NCBI GenBank assembly: GCA_000182565.2
Contig: KQ257456.1
Origin: Spizellomyces punctatus DAOM BR117
Lineage: Eukaryota
DNA length: 64,000 nucleotides
Reading direction: 5' to 3' (one strand)
Part shown: positions 49,421-61,638 of the stretch, piece by piece
Layout of the letters: each line of letters begins with the position of its first letter
Numbering within the stretch: position 1 is the stretch's first letter
Translations under genes and position numbers: made by a program
Notes under the pieces: model-generated
What the model was told of the DNA's origin: nothing
The model's database searches: none
The model's input: the letters and a program-made list of their open reading frames with translations, nothing else

Positions 49421-52400
49421 ATGACTCCTTTCTTCCCTTCCGGTTCCGTAGAGCACGACAACGACGAACCGCCAAGTCGTCGCCGCACTCGGTTTGCGTC
49501 TGATTCCTTCTCCATGCCCCGCCCTCCAAGCGATTTACTGTGGGAAAATGGGGCTTTTGACGAAGAAGTATCTGGAATATTGCGCGAGGATGACGGTGGG
49601 AAGCGAGTGTCGTTTGCCCCTACGTTAGCCTCTCTTCCTATTGTGGAGGAAGTGAATGGTGCAAACACGGCAAACGAGGTGGCGGAGACTGATAGCGAGG
49701 CTTCATCGGACTCTGAACCAGATGAGCGCACACCCGTACTTCCAACATTTATCCGCCGTCCACGCCCACCCCTTCGCAGCGCAACCACCATAGAGACGGA
49801 TTCGTCACGCCGAAATACCTGGCATCCATTCACACTCCCACGGATAGCCTCAGGCCCCAGATCAGCCACCAGCCGTCAGAGCATCTGGGGCTACGGCTCA
49901 ATAGCGACGGAAAGCACAGACGATGAAGCACAATTAAGAAGGCCCTCTCGAGCCCGGGCTCAATGGCGAAAGTCCTTCATCTTCTCCAAGCGTAAGAGCG
50001 CGGTCTATGACGATGAAGGGACTGACAATGTCATGGGAACCGGGATGAGAGTGTGGTATGAAGATTATACGACGATTGACTGGATACACGACACAGTCAA
50101 GGAACGTGTACGGCTCCGCTCTCTTCGCAGTATACCAGGATTGAAAGGACGGTTGATGAATCATCTGGATGCGGCACAAGCATGGATCTTGCTCGCCTTG
50201 ATTGGAATAGCATGCGGGTGCATTGCCTCTTTTATCGACATTGCATACACCTTCCTGTCGGACTTGAGAACCGGCTACTGTGGAACCGATATCTGGAGAA
50301 GCAGACGCAGCTGTTGCGTTGCTTCGTCATCTGGTAAGCGTGAGAGTTCACATCTGCCCTCAAGTTTTTATAGCATTAATGGACCCTTTCACAGAAATAT
50401 GCACAAGTTGGGTTACATGGCCTGACCATTTCAATCTACATCCCATCTCCCCGTTTACCCACTACACATCTTATATCATGTACACCGTTACCGGCATATT
50501 ATTTGCAACGGCTTCCGCACTGGTCGTAAAGCTCTCAAAGACCGACTCCACCTCGTCGTCATCAGGCGAAGGAGCATCGAGCGAACCTTCGTGGGTGACT
50601 ACGGCCAGAGCACAGCGGGGCCTGCGAAGAAGTAGAAGCAGAGACCACAGTATGAAACAGCAGAAGAAAGTGAAATACCATGCTGCTGGAAGTGGAATAC
50701 CAGAAGTGAAAACTATCCTTGGCGGCTTTGTTATAAGAGGATTCTTGGGATTTAGAACGCTGGTTGTCAAAGTTTTTGCTTTGGTAAGGAACTGTTTGAG
50801 GAGTTGCCAAGATGTAATCACTGCTAACATGACATGCGCTTTGATTTGGTTAGATCCTCTCCATTTCATCAGGACTTGTCATTGGCGCACAAGGACCGTT
50901 AGTCCACATTTCTTGTGCTGTGGGTAATGTCTTATCCAGAATGTTTAACAAGGTAAGTCATGTCTCCACTTCATGTATTGCCATGAATCCTAATCAGAAT
51001 TTCTTCGTTGCAACGAATAGTACGCTAAGAATGAAGGAAAGAGGCGTGAGATTCTCTCTGCAGCATCTGCCGCCGGAGTGTCTGTCGCTTTTGGAGCGCC
51101 GTTGGGTGGGGTCCTGTTCGCATTGGAAGAAGTTAGCTACTACTTTCCGCTGAAGACAATGTGGAGAAGTTTCTTTTGCGCACTTTGTGCTGCCGGTACC
51201 GTGCGACTCATCAATCCTATTGGATCTGGGAAAGTTGTCCTGTTCCAAGTGGAGTGGGAGGGTGACACCCAATTAGGAGGCGTCTGGAGAGTGTGGGAGA
51301 TTATCCCGTTTGCGCTGGTTGGCATTTTAGGGGTGTGTACCATTGTGTGATTTCCTGGTAAATGGTTTGAGAACTAACAGCATCCTAGGGAGTTTATGGT
51401 GCATTGTTCGTACGATTGACCGCGGCATGGTCTCGTATCCGAGCACGTTCGTGGTTTGGCAGACGGCATGTTTTGGAGGTGTTCATCATCGCTGCCATAA
51501 CTGGGGCGGTTAGCTTTCTCTGGGATTTGACAAGGTAAAGGAGGCATCTTATCGGGCCTACACCGCATTCCAAAGTTTAACAATGTGCGTCACAGAATGG
51601 GCAATGGCGAACTTGTTGGAGAGCTCTTTGCCCAATGTACATCTTCCACAATGAACTCGCCACTTTGTCGCACGAAAAGTATCTCATCTACACTTGAAAT
51701 TCTCGCGATCACACTTGCTGTAAAGGTTGTGTTGACGGTCATCACGTTCGGCGTGAAGGTGCCAGCCGGCATTTTCATCCCTTCCATGTGTGTCGGAGCT
51801 TTAATGGGACGCATGGTCGGAGTTTCCGTTCAATGGATAGTTGGGACGTATCCTGATTATTGGATGTTTGACTCATGTCGAGGAGAGAATCTTGGTGTGT
51901 TGGGTGGGCCGTCTTGTGTTGTACCCGGTGTCTACGCGGTTGTTGGTGCGGCTGCTGCCGTTAGTGGGGTTACGAGAATGACAGGTAATTGACGGCTATC
52001 CAGGATGATCGCATTGATGAAACTAACTTTTGCTCTCCAGTATCATTAACGGTCATCATTCTCGAATTGACGGGTTCTCTTCCATCCCTCCTCCCGGCTA
52101 TGTTGAGCATCATGCTTGCAAAATGGGTAGGTGATGCCATTGCTCCGATGGGTCTCTACGAGACTGCCATCTTCGACAGTGGGTATCCGTACCTGGACGC
52201 AAAGCGCGGTGTGCGAGCAAAGGGGGGCAAAGGATGGACTGTTGTGGATGTGATGGAAGCCGGAAAGAAAAGAGGAAAGAGCATTGCCGTTATTAGATGT
52301 GGGACAAAGTACACCATTGATGATTTGGAAAGTTTGGCAAAGGGAACTACCAATGCAGGAGCCAGATCCGGCCGATCAGCTGTCAATAATGGGCAGCAGG

Positions 52401-53068
52401 AAGATGGCGGATTCCCGGTTGTTGAAGGAAGCGATGTCCTAGTCGGATACATTGCAACTCCAGAGTTGCTCCACGCCATACACCTCGTCAAAACATCCCC
52501 AAACCCCATGTGGCCGATTATCTTCAAACGTCCCCCTCCTGTGGCCAGTGTCACCGAGCGAGATAAAATGATGTCCCAGGTGGAACGGATTGTGGATCTG
52601 GAAGGATTGCTAAATGCAGTCGCCAGCAGTGCAGGGTTAGGCGGCAGAGGGAGAAGTCCCGTCGGAAGAGGAGGCTGGAGATCACCAACCCTAGAACATA
52701 GCATCGAGCGAGGATCAGCACAATCTCTGATCAGACCATCGTCGCCACCTACACAAGCGCCTTTACATCCTATTTCATACACACCTGCCACAACACCCAG
52801 CCTCACCCCACGAACCCCACATGAGCCTATATCACCAGAATCCAGCGATACGGAATCTGAGGTTCACGATTTCACACCATGGATGGACACTGCCCCGCTT
52901 TCCGTCCCACACACCACCTCCCTAGATCTAGTTCACGAGCTTTTCGTAAAGTTGGGGATAAAGACCCTCTGTGTCGTATGTGATGGGAAATTGGTCGGCG
53001 TGGTGCACAAAAAGGGTGTTGTTGCATTTGTAAGAGAGGTTAGTGAGCGTAGTGGAGAAGGAGATTGA
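49421..53068 (+). CDS. CLC chloride channel/antiporter with C-terminal CBS domains and variant gating motif
   Basis: [21 protein letters not shown] at the GKEGP position; [27 protein letters not shown] segments GFPVV and GKLVGVV. Confidence 0.95.
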
Positions 53069-53349
53069 TTTAGTAGTTAGTTGCGAGAGACAGTTGTGAT
53101 CGTGTTTAGGTTATGTCGCTTGTTTCTAGTGCTTGTGATGCATAGACTATTTTCCTTTTTCAATAATAATTAATCTTGATGCAAGATGTTAGAAATACCG
53201 CTGCTAATGTACAGCTGCAAGCGATGGCGGTCTGCGCTGGCAAGGTTTTTTGAAAGGAAAAATGGCAAAAATACAATTAATACCCCAAATTGAAGCATCA
53301 CAAATGCTACGACAACAGATTTTGCTAAGAAACAATCCACCCTTTTAGC

Positions 53350-56099
53350 TCATACCCCCTCAATATGTTCATCAAGGTCCATGCCGTTTTGCGCAACTCT
53401 TTTCATGTACTCTACAACGCTCACCACCCTCTTTTGACTCGCACACCAACGTGCAAAGACGGTCATCAACCCCGCATTTGCATTAATAGCATGCATAAAG
53501 TCCCCAACGACCAGTAACTCTCTTTTGGCTCTGGACAACATGACGTTTATCCTCTGTCGATCACTCATGAAACCTACACCATCCGTTCTGACAAGAGAAG
53601 CAAAGACAATATCCGCTTCATGTCCTTGAAAGGAATCAATATTGTAGCATCGTTCACGACATGCGTAATCACGATGTGTGAATTTGTTTCTGAGGAGGGC
53701 ACGGTGGGCATCGTATCCCGTCAAAATAGCAATACGAGAAGGTGTTTCGTAGAGTCGACGAACGGATATCAATCGATGAATAACAGTAGCTTCTCCTTGA
53801 TTGGTCCAAGAGTGGCCTTGCTTTTTTTGACGGCCACTGACGTTTACCCAGAGTACACTGTTTGTATTGTCTTCTGGTCGGGATTCAGGTGTAACGAGTC
53901 CTATAGGTTTATACACGTTTTCGGATAAAAAGTTTGCGAGGGGTCGTGGGAGGCGGTATTGGGTTCGTAGATGGATGGAGGAGACTGTTTTCGGTAAGGT
54001 TTCTTTGAGGGGTTCCAGGGCGTCAAAGGCGTGGAATACGTTTGTTACTTGGAAGCCGAATGGGGGGAGTTGGTGTTCGTCTCCGAGAAACACTACCTAA
54101 AGTTTAAAGTCGGTTAACACAAAACTAGTACGATTTTGCGATTATGAATCAACGACATGACCTTTTCCAATGTGGGCAACTGGGAAAGTACCCAAGGGTA
54201 AGCAGCTAAATCCGCTTGACTAGCTTCATCAACCAACAGCCATTTCACAATTCGGTTCTTGAGAACCCGTGTCATCATCTTGGCGTTACTCATCATACTC
54301 AACGTACACAAAAACACACAGCTCTCTTGCGCTTTTTGGTATGGACGTGCCCGTGAATTCTCGGGTATCCTTTTGCTAATGACGATCCGGTCCGAAAATT
54401 CGAAATATTGGCCTTCGTGCCATTCAAAGTAGAAATCCTCTGACACAACCGTTAAGAACTGGGTGTGCCCGGTGCGATGGAGCTTTTCTGCAACGTTTTT
54501 TACTGCAATGTTTGAATTGGCTACGACGAGGAGGACGGGGAACTGAGGCTTTTGTTCGTTGGGCAGTCTGGTGAAGATTTTGGAGAGAATGCTTGCGGTG
54601 GTGCTGATGACGGTGGTTTTTCCCGTCCCAGGTGGTCCATGGACGTAAATAAACAAAGCGGGAAATTCGTGTTTTGGAGCAAAAATCATTTGAACGGCGG
54701 AAGCTTGGGCATTGTTGAGTCCAAAAAAGTTGACTCCTGCAAGATCGTCTTCGTCGTCCCCATATGGAATGTATACCTCTGGACCATCGATCCTTGTTTC
54801 ATCTGACTGTTTCTGGATCGTTATCGGCTGCTGATGAACGTCGGGCTTGTACATGTCCAGCTGCGTCGTGTAGAGGCGTGTTAGCGGCGACAACAGTGTC
54901 TCAGTAAAGACGTTGAGTAGACTCATGTCTCCCGACAACAGTTTTTTGAGAAAAATGCACAGCGTTGTATCACCAGATAATCCCTTTTGCGTCGGAAGTA
55001 CAATGATCTGCACAACCTGATCAGGATCAATCGATGGGGTAATAAACGCTGATTTTCCTTTGACGATTCTAATGTCGCCGGGGACTTCACACCCATCTTG
55101 CAGCTGGATGGTCACTTTATCGTTTTCTCGCACGCGGGTTGCAAAACGGCTTTGCTGAACTTTGAGGTACCGTTGACCCCACATGTCTTCGTTACTCAGA
55201 TGATCATATTCGCATTTATATGGATTACGACCACCTCCCGCAACTCGAGTTGTCGTAGTAGCAAGGAACATGCACATGGGAAGATACTTTTCGTTGAGCT
55301 CGGTGATTGCGTATGATGTGTCTTGCACAGGTGCGGTTGACCATGAGCAGCGTTCAATAAAGGCGTTGTACGACAGGATGGCCAGACTGACAAAATGCCG
55401 AAATTCTTCATTCGTCGACAAGTCGATATCCATGGCCGTTTCATCCGCTCGTGCGTTCTTTGCTACTTGTAAAGAGTCATTTACCCTTGGCGGCACATGC
55501 GCATCGTAAGCGCTGGTACTTTTTATCCCCAGATCTTTATAGAGAAGTAAAATGGAATACCAAATCTCGGTGCCTACAATGATCTTACTTGAGTCTGATA
55601 ACCATGCGTCCAGGGCTGCAACCGGGTCTTGCATCACTGGGTTGGAGATGTGGATTCGAACTTGTAGCAGCGGATCGAACGGTTCTGGGCGTCGATGTTG
55701 CTTCCCTACTGCAATGGACAGGCATCTTGTTCCACTCGCAATATGTATCAAGATGGTTCTTTGGTCTTCGTTCTGAACTGCCAGTCCGTAGATTCCAGAG
55801 ATGCTTGACAAGCCTCCAGGTAATGGGCCCCGCTGTTCGTCCAGCCAATCTAAATGTGACTCTGTAAGATTCTGTAGAGACAAAAACCAAACCGTTGCTT
55901 GTCTCGGGTCGGGGACATATTCCGCAAGTGGGATTTCATATACTTCTCCGGGGTCAAAACTCTCCTCTGGAATCTCCGCATCTAAATCCTCATCATTAGA
56001 ACCATCGTTGAAACTGTAGCCGTCGGGAAAAGTACGATGTGGGGATGACTCTAGGGCTTCAGGTTGGTTGTCCCAGATGTGGCAGGTGAATGTGACCAT
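53350..56099 (-). CDS. Superfamily 1B (Upf1/Dna2/Nam7-like) helicase with N-terminal degenerate 3'-5' exonuclease-like region; one intron
   Basis: [52 protein letters not shown]. Confidence 0.9.
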
Positions 56100-56458
56100 G
56101 TTTGATTGTTCTGCGAGTGCGAAAGAAGGAGCTGCTCGAGGTCTGAACGATAGCACAGCTTTTGCAAAAGGCGATCAAGTTAAAAATAATAGCGCAAACA
56201 GTTTTCTTCTGCCAAGCTCTACCCAAACAGTAGGGCATCATCATTTTTCGCGGAAACTTTCATACAGCAATAGGAATGGGAATAAAGCTTAACGCAAGTC
56301 ACCAGGACTCATATTACATAAGCCGATCACATATTATAAACAAACAATTAGGTATGATATCACTAATCTAAGGTATACGAAAGAGTACTCCTACAAGGTA
56401 TTGATAAACTCAAAGCATTAATTAAATATTGATAGGCCATCAAATAGGTTCAAAAGAA

Positions 56459-57275
56459 TCAACGTCGTCGCCGCATTTGAAACCACTTTTGGACTTCGGC
56501 CAATGTCCAGCCAATGCCATGTGCAATGTCCATCATCACATTGTTCGTTGGGTATCGCTCTTCATAAAATTCCTGTTCCAATGCTTTTTCTGCTGTCTCT
56601 GAGGGAGAGCACGGGAAACTGGGGTCTTTGCGGCCTTTGGACTTTGGACCGGTCGGGCGCTTGGCTTGTGGGTCACGGTAAGGCGTACAGCGTGCTGTGG
56701 TGCTTTTCCTGCCCTTTTGGGGAGTTCTAGGGTGACGCTTGGTGTTTGACAATGGTGAAGTGGCTGAAATAGTATCTACTGTAACTCTTGGCGTGAGGCC
56801 GGCCTACCCCATCACGGAAGAATGAGACAAAAACGTGACAGTGGAGCAAAAAACAGTGTCATTCCAAACGAAAAAAAGATACATACCTGAAACGCTCGAT
56901 TCTTTCTCATAGAAACAGGTTCATTTACAAGACCTCCAGTCAGAAGCCACCATTGCCCAGCTCCCATCCCAAATCTGGAACACCCCTCCGGCAAGCCCGT
57001 AGGATCATTACGGAAAGTCGCACCTCCACAATCATCACTTGACTTGAATTTGCCTTCTTCACAGGAATCCGAAACGGGGCTCATGGAGCGCATGGCCAAT
57101 TCTGATGCCAAAAAATGTACCCGACGAGGAGGTTTGATGAAAGGCGGTGATGGTGAGAGGCAAACGAGAGGGCAATCAAGCAGATCAATGTCGGGGACCA
57201 GAGTATCAGAATCAAACTCGTTTGCTCTGCCCTCAAGATCAAGACAAGTTGCTTCCGTGTGAAGATCTAGTTCAT
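56459..57275 (-). CDS. Protein ending in an atypical homeodomain; 5' exons uncertain
   Basis: ALEQEFYEERYPT...DIAHGIGWTLAEVQKWFQMRRRR at the C-terminus (56459-56590). Confidence 0.7.
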
Positions 57276-57688
57276 CTAGTGTGAATGTCCCAGTCCATTA
57301 GACTCTTTTTGGTCTAATGGATGAAGGCTTAGTCATCATGTTCTGTGCGTAAGCATTGCCCCATTGTTGAAGCTAAAACCTAATCCTTCTTAATGACGAA
57401 CCTACTTCACTTGCGGGAGACACGGCTTGGGTTGGCAGTCATAGCGGACACCCATATTGCGTTGCATGTGTGTACTTAGATATCAGACGTTGGAAGAACG
57501 GCAACGTATGCCAAATGTAGGGTAACGTAAGGCATGAACCCGCAATTCTAATGAAAACCTTAAGCGATATGTACAATCATCATGTCTCCCTAAATGAATA
57601 TCATACAATCCCCCCCCCCTCCTTCTCTCTAATACTTCCATCTTTATTTTTTTTTTTCTTTTCGCTATGGCAGCATTGTCCGTAACAT

Positions 57689-58165
57689 TCAAGCCGAAAA
57701 TGCCAACTTTGGCGGAACCCAAACCTCATCGTCGCTGCCCCCTGACGACGGCCAAGACATTGACCTCCTCCTTCCAAAAGCTTCAAGTGTCATTTCCGCC
57801 AACTTGTCCATTGTCAAAGCCTCTAAACAATTATTGACGTTTCCTTGTTCATCATATACTGTTGGAAACGCGGCCGAGCATCTCCATTCCCCGTCAACGA
57901 CAAACTTGAATGCCCATGACCGGGTCCGGTCAAGAGATAGTGTGATGGCGAATTCGTCGTAGCACGCTGGATCTCGTGGTAATGGGATAGAGACGGCCCA
58001 GCCGTCAAATTCGCCAGTCAGAAACACTGTTTTGGCGGAGGAATGATGCCATCGGAAAATGACTTGTTGGTGGGTAACGATGCGGCGGGGATACGAGAAA
58101 GGTGAGAGTGGTGGGGAGGATGGAGACAGGCTTGGCGATAGTGGTGTAGTAATGTACGGCGGCAT
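57689..58165 (-). CDS. Small protein with AMPK-beta-type glycogen-binding (CBM48) domain
   Basis: FRWHHSSAKTVFLTGEFDGW...FKFVVDGEWR...DEQGNVNN; no AMPK alpha/gamma-binding C-terminal domain visible. Confidence 0.85.
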   Translation of the reverse strand: MPPYITTPLSPSLSPSSPPLSPFSYPRRIVTHQQVIFRWHHSSAKTVFLTGEFDGWAVSIPLPRDPACYDEFAITLSLDRTRSWAFKFVVDGEWRCSAAFPTVYDEQGNVNNCLEALTMDKLAEMTLEAFGRRRSMSWPSSGGSDDEVWVPPKLAFSA

Positions 58166-58300
58166 GACGAAAGTAAAAAGGTGGTTTGGGGCGCCGTGAA
58201 AACGTCTTGACAATATATGGACTTTAAAAGTTCGGATATATGGATGAACTTCAGTAAACAATGGAAATTCCCCGTGCCTTCAACAACCCGTGTCCAAAAA

Positions 58301-58326
58301 CACACACACACACACACACACACACA
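58301..58326. repeat. (CA)13 microsatellite
   Basis: Perfect CA dinucleotide run. Confidence 0.95.
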
Positions 58327-59223
58327 AGATGGCAAACAAGGCAACACGGGCAAAAAGGTCTCGTTCGTTTTGATCCCGCAATGTGACAAAATCCCCTTAT
58401 CGTCACGCGTGCTCAGTCAACACAAATAATCGTATCTCACAAATGTTGCATTTGCCTCTCGAACAAGTGTTGTTTATCCGAGTCAACCAAACAAAAAATG
58501 ATCGATCGTGAAAGGCCCAAAAGTGCGAGGTTGCGAGACAAAAAGGGCTTGTCGTGAACCAGAGGAAAGATACGGGAAAATGAAAGATGACGGGGGACAA
58601 GTAGGGAGGCGTTTGTTCAAAAGGATATTTTATATACTCTAGTAAAAAGCACCCAACCCGTGCATTGCACTTGCAATAGAATTCTCGGCTCCTTTTCTGT
58701 TCACAAATTAGTACGAGTGACAAAAACGAGAACTGTCGTCATCTTTGCTAACAAAAACGTGTTGGATCATAGAGTAGAAAAATCAAATAAAAAGATTGTG
58801 TTGTGCTGTGCTGATGCTGCTTGCAAGTAATAAAATCGCATGCGTAGCAAAAAAACGAAACGGTCAAAAGACAAAAAACTGAATAAAACAAAACCTCGTT
58901 TGGAGTGTTCCGTCATTTGACGAGTGTTCATTTCCAGTCAGAACTCGTCTTGCGCATGAGTGATGATGACTCTTCTAATCCAGGAATTCGGGTCTAGATC
59001 CATGAAATTTTGTCTTACGTCATGCAATTGGATTGGAATGTTGTACAAATTGGGGTTAATAATACCCGAGTCGTACCATGGGCTTAGCTTGGCGAAACGA
59101 GATCGGACAAGCTTACGAGATTTTGCTTGTTTTGAACGGACAGGTTTTGACATGGTCGAGAGTTGATTTGTTCCTTTCATTTTACTACATCTTTCTGGTC
59201 GAGTATTATGCATCTTTTATCTA

Positions 59224-60873
59224 CTACATCTTTCTCACTTTATATGTAACAACCGGTCGCAGAGTCGCAATCACCCTTCCAACATTAGCTTCAACCAAAT
59301 CTTTCACAACACTATCAACCTCCTTGTAGCATTCCGGAGCTTCCTCATACAATAAATCCTTTTCATCACAGACAACCACGCTTCCCAGATGCGTTCGTCG
59401 GAGTCCTTCCATGGCTTGTGGTGTTTTACCATACTTTGATGGTAAGGACGCGAGGGCCTTTTTACGGGTCGTGGTGCGGCCTGCACCGTGGGCCAGGGAA
59501 TTGGCGGTATGGGGTTGAGCTGTTGGGTTTGGTAAAAAGAGGTAGGAAAAGCTGCCTCGTGAACCGGGAATAACGCAAAGACCTCGATCAGACGGTGCGG
59601 CGCCTTTTCGGTGGATAAACTGGGTTTGTGTATCCGTTGACACCATTTCCATCCAATTGTGGCACATGTCCAAGAGTTTTCTTTCCGGATTGGTGTTTAG
59701 ACGGGAGAGAAGACGTTGAGCAATTAGATCCCGGTTCCGTGATGCCCAGCGCATGGCCATGTTGTGATCAGAGAGGTAGGCGGTTAGTTCGGATGAAGGG
59801 TAATTTAGAGGGACTGTTGGAGCTGATGCATGCTTTGCAAGAATAGATGGACCAAGGGCTCGTGATCCAGAGTGCACTTTATATTGTCAAAATTGTGATA
59901 TGATGAGTACCATTTTCACGAAAAAAATCACTCAAAATCCTTTCAACCCACCAAGTAAAAGAGCCTTCCCAACATCAATCCCAAGATCCCGAAGCATCCC
60001 CTCATCCTCAACATGCTCCACCACTTGAATCTCTGCAAAATGGTTTCCAGCTCCAACCGTTCCAAGCTGGTCATCAAATGCAGTAGGGGACACGTTTGCT
60101 TCTGCAAGCCAGTCGATTGTACACCCATCCAACCACGGGCCTTCAATATCACGAATCTTTTGTGCGGTTTTCTCTGGTGACAAGTTACATCCGAGTGATG
60201 TCGTAAAGAGCGACATACCACAACCTAATCATATCAACATTAAACAAAACGCACAATCCCACCATTGAAAAGCCAATAAAAAAACGTACCAACATCACTC
60301 CCAACCAAAGCAGGATACGCACACCCCTCAGAAACAACCACAGCACCAATCGGAAACCTATTCCCAGGATGAAGATCCGGCATACCCACTACACGTACAA
60401 CCCCATCAAGGTTACATAAAGCCTTTAATTGACTCGTTGCGAGAGGATCGATTTCGACATGGTGCGCGAGGATCGTCACTGGGATATCGTTTGTGTTGGT
60501 TTGGGGTTTTTGGGTTCCGATATAGTCTTCTCCGGCTGATACGAGTATGACACTACACACCAAAAACACATCCATGAGAACCAAAATACTTGCGATCAAA
60601 AAGGGATGGATAACCGTACCCATCATTCTCAAGCCTCCTCCAAAGATCAAGATCATGACCCCAAACCTCAGTTCCATCAGCCAAAAACACTCGACAGGCT
60701 CTCGTCAATCGTAACTTTGTTTTCGCAAATTGGATAATGCGTTGCCTGAATTGTGTCATCTCTTTTGTTACTATTGAACAAGATGCGTTGGTGAGGTCAG
60801 GTATGGAAACAAGAACGACCGTCCGTTGTTGTTGGTTGGAATTCTTGGCAAGCGTGAGACGTAGTGATGGCAT
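59224..60873 (-). CDS. rtcB: RtcB RNA 3'-phosphate/5'-OH ligase of the release-factor-H-coupled (RtcB2) type with extra N-terminal domain; three introns
   Basis: MPDLHPG, SDV|GCG, GTVGAGNHFAEIQ, L|VHSGSR, DMCHN, HRKGAAPSDRG, IPGSRG, SLAHGAGR, LYEEAPECYK, LRPVVTYK. Confidence 0.93.
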
Positions 60874-61638
60874 TTTGCTGGTGTTTGGCTTGCCGGTTTT
60901 TTGTATAGCGTTTGTGGGTACGTTCGGGGATATTGAATTGCTGGGATTTATTGGATTCAAAAACCGTACACAATAAGCTAGAACCCTACATGAGTCGCCA
61001 AAACCAAAGTCATATTCCTTTTATTGTGCAAAAGTGTGACTTTACCGCGCAAGTGGCACAGTAATCCGATACATCACTCATCCTCAATAACAAAAACACA
61101 CACATTTCAACTCACATATATTGATAATTTAACAGCCATCATCAAAAAAAGAAACAACAAAAAACTATAAAAACCCATCAATGCAAGCAACAAGAGCGAG
61201 AGGAACTACACCAATAGATGAAATAAAGATACTAACATATAAGAGATACCCCCTCTCTCCGGTCCTGCACAAAAAAGGAATCCACCCCTCTGAAAAAATA
61301 ACAAGAAATACACAGCGAAAAAAAAAAAAAATATATCTACCTCCTACATAAAACTTTCCAAGATACTGCAAAAAAAGAAAGCGAGACAAGTACTCAAAAC
61401 CTAACTTCCATACCCAATCCTGTTTTTTTTTTCGTTCCAACTCTCCATAAATAGAAAATCGCAAAAAGATGTGTGTATACAACGGATTGCAAATTCAGCA
61501 ATCAACTGGGGGAGGAGGGCAAGCAACATAAAGAATAATCACTTGTCCTGAGAGGTCCGCGCAAATAAACGTTGATATAGGCAGTTGGAGACGTCATGGA
61601 GTGTGATATCTCCTTGGCTGCCCTTCTAACGCTCTTTT

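Noticed and set aside
58938-59213. 91-aa ORF and C/D-box-like words downstream of rtcB as a PrfH partner or snoRNA
   Set aside because: No GGQ release-factor motif; TGATGA and CTGA lie on opposite strands
61447-61453. AU-rich element for autoregulation in the CCCH gene 3' UTR
   Set aside because: Only one TATTTAT heptamer in an AT-rich region; not distinguishable from background
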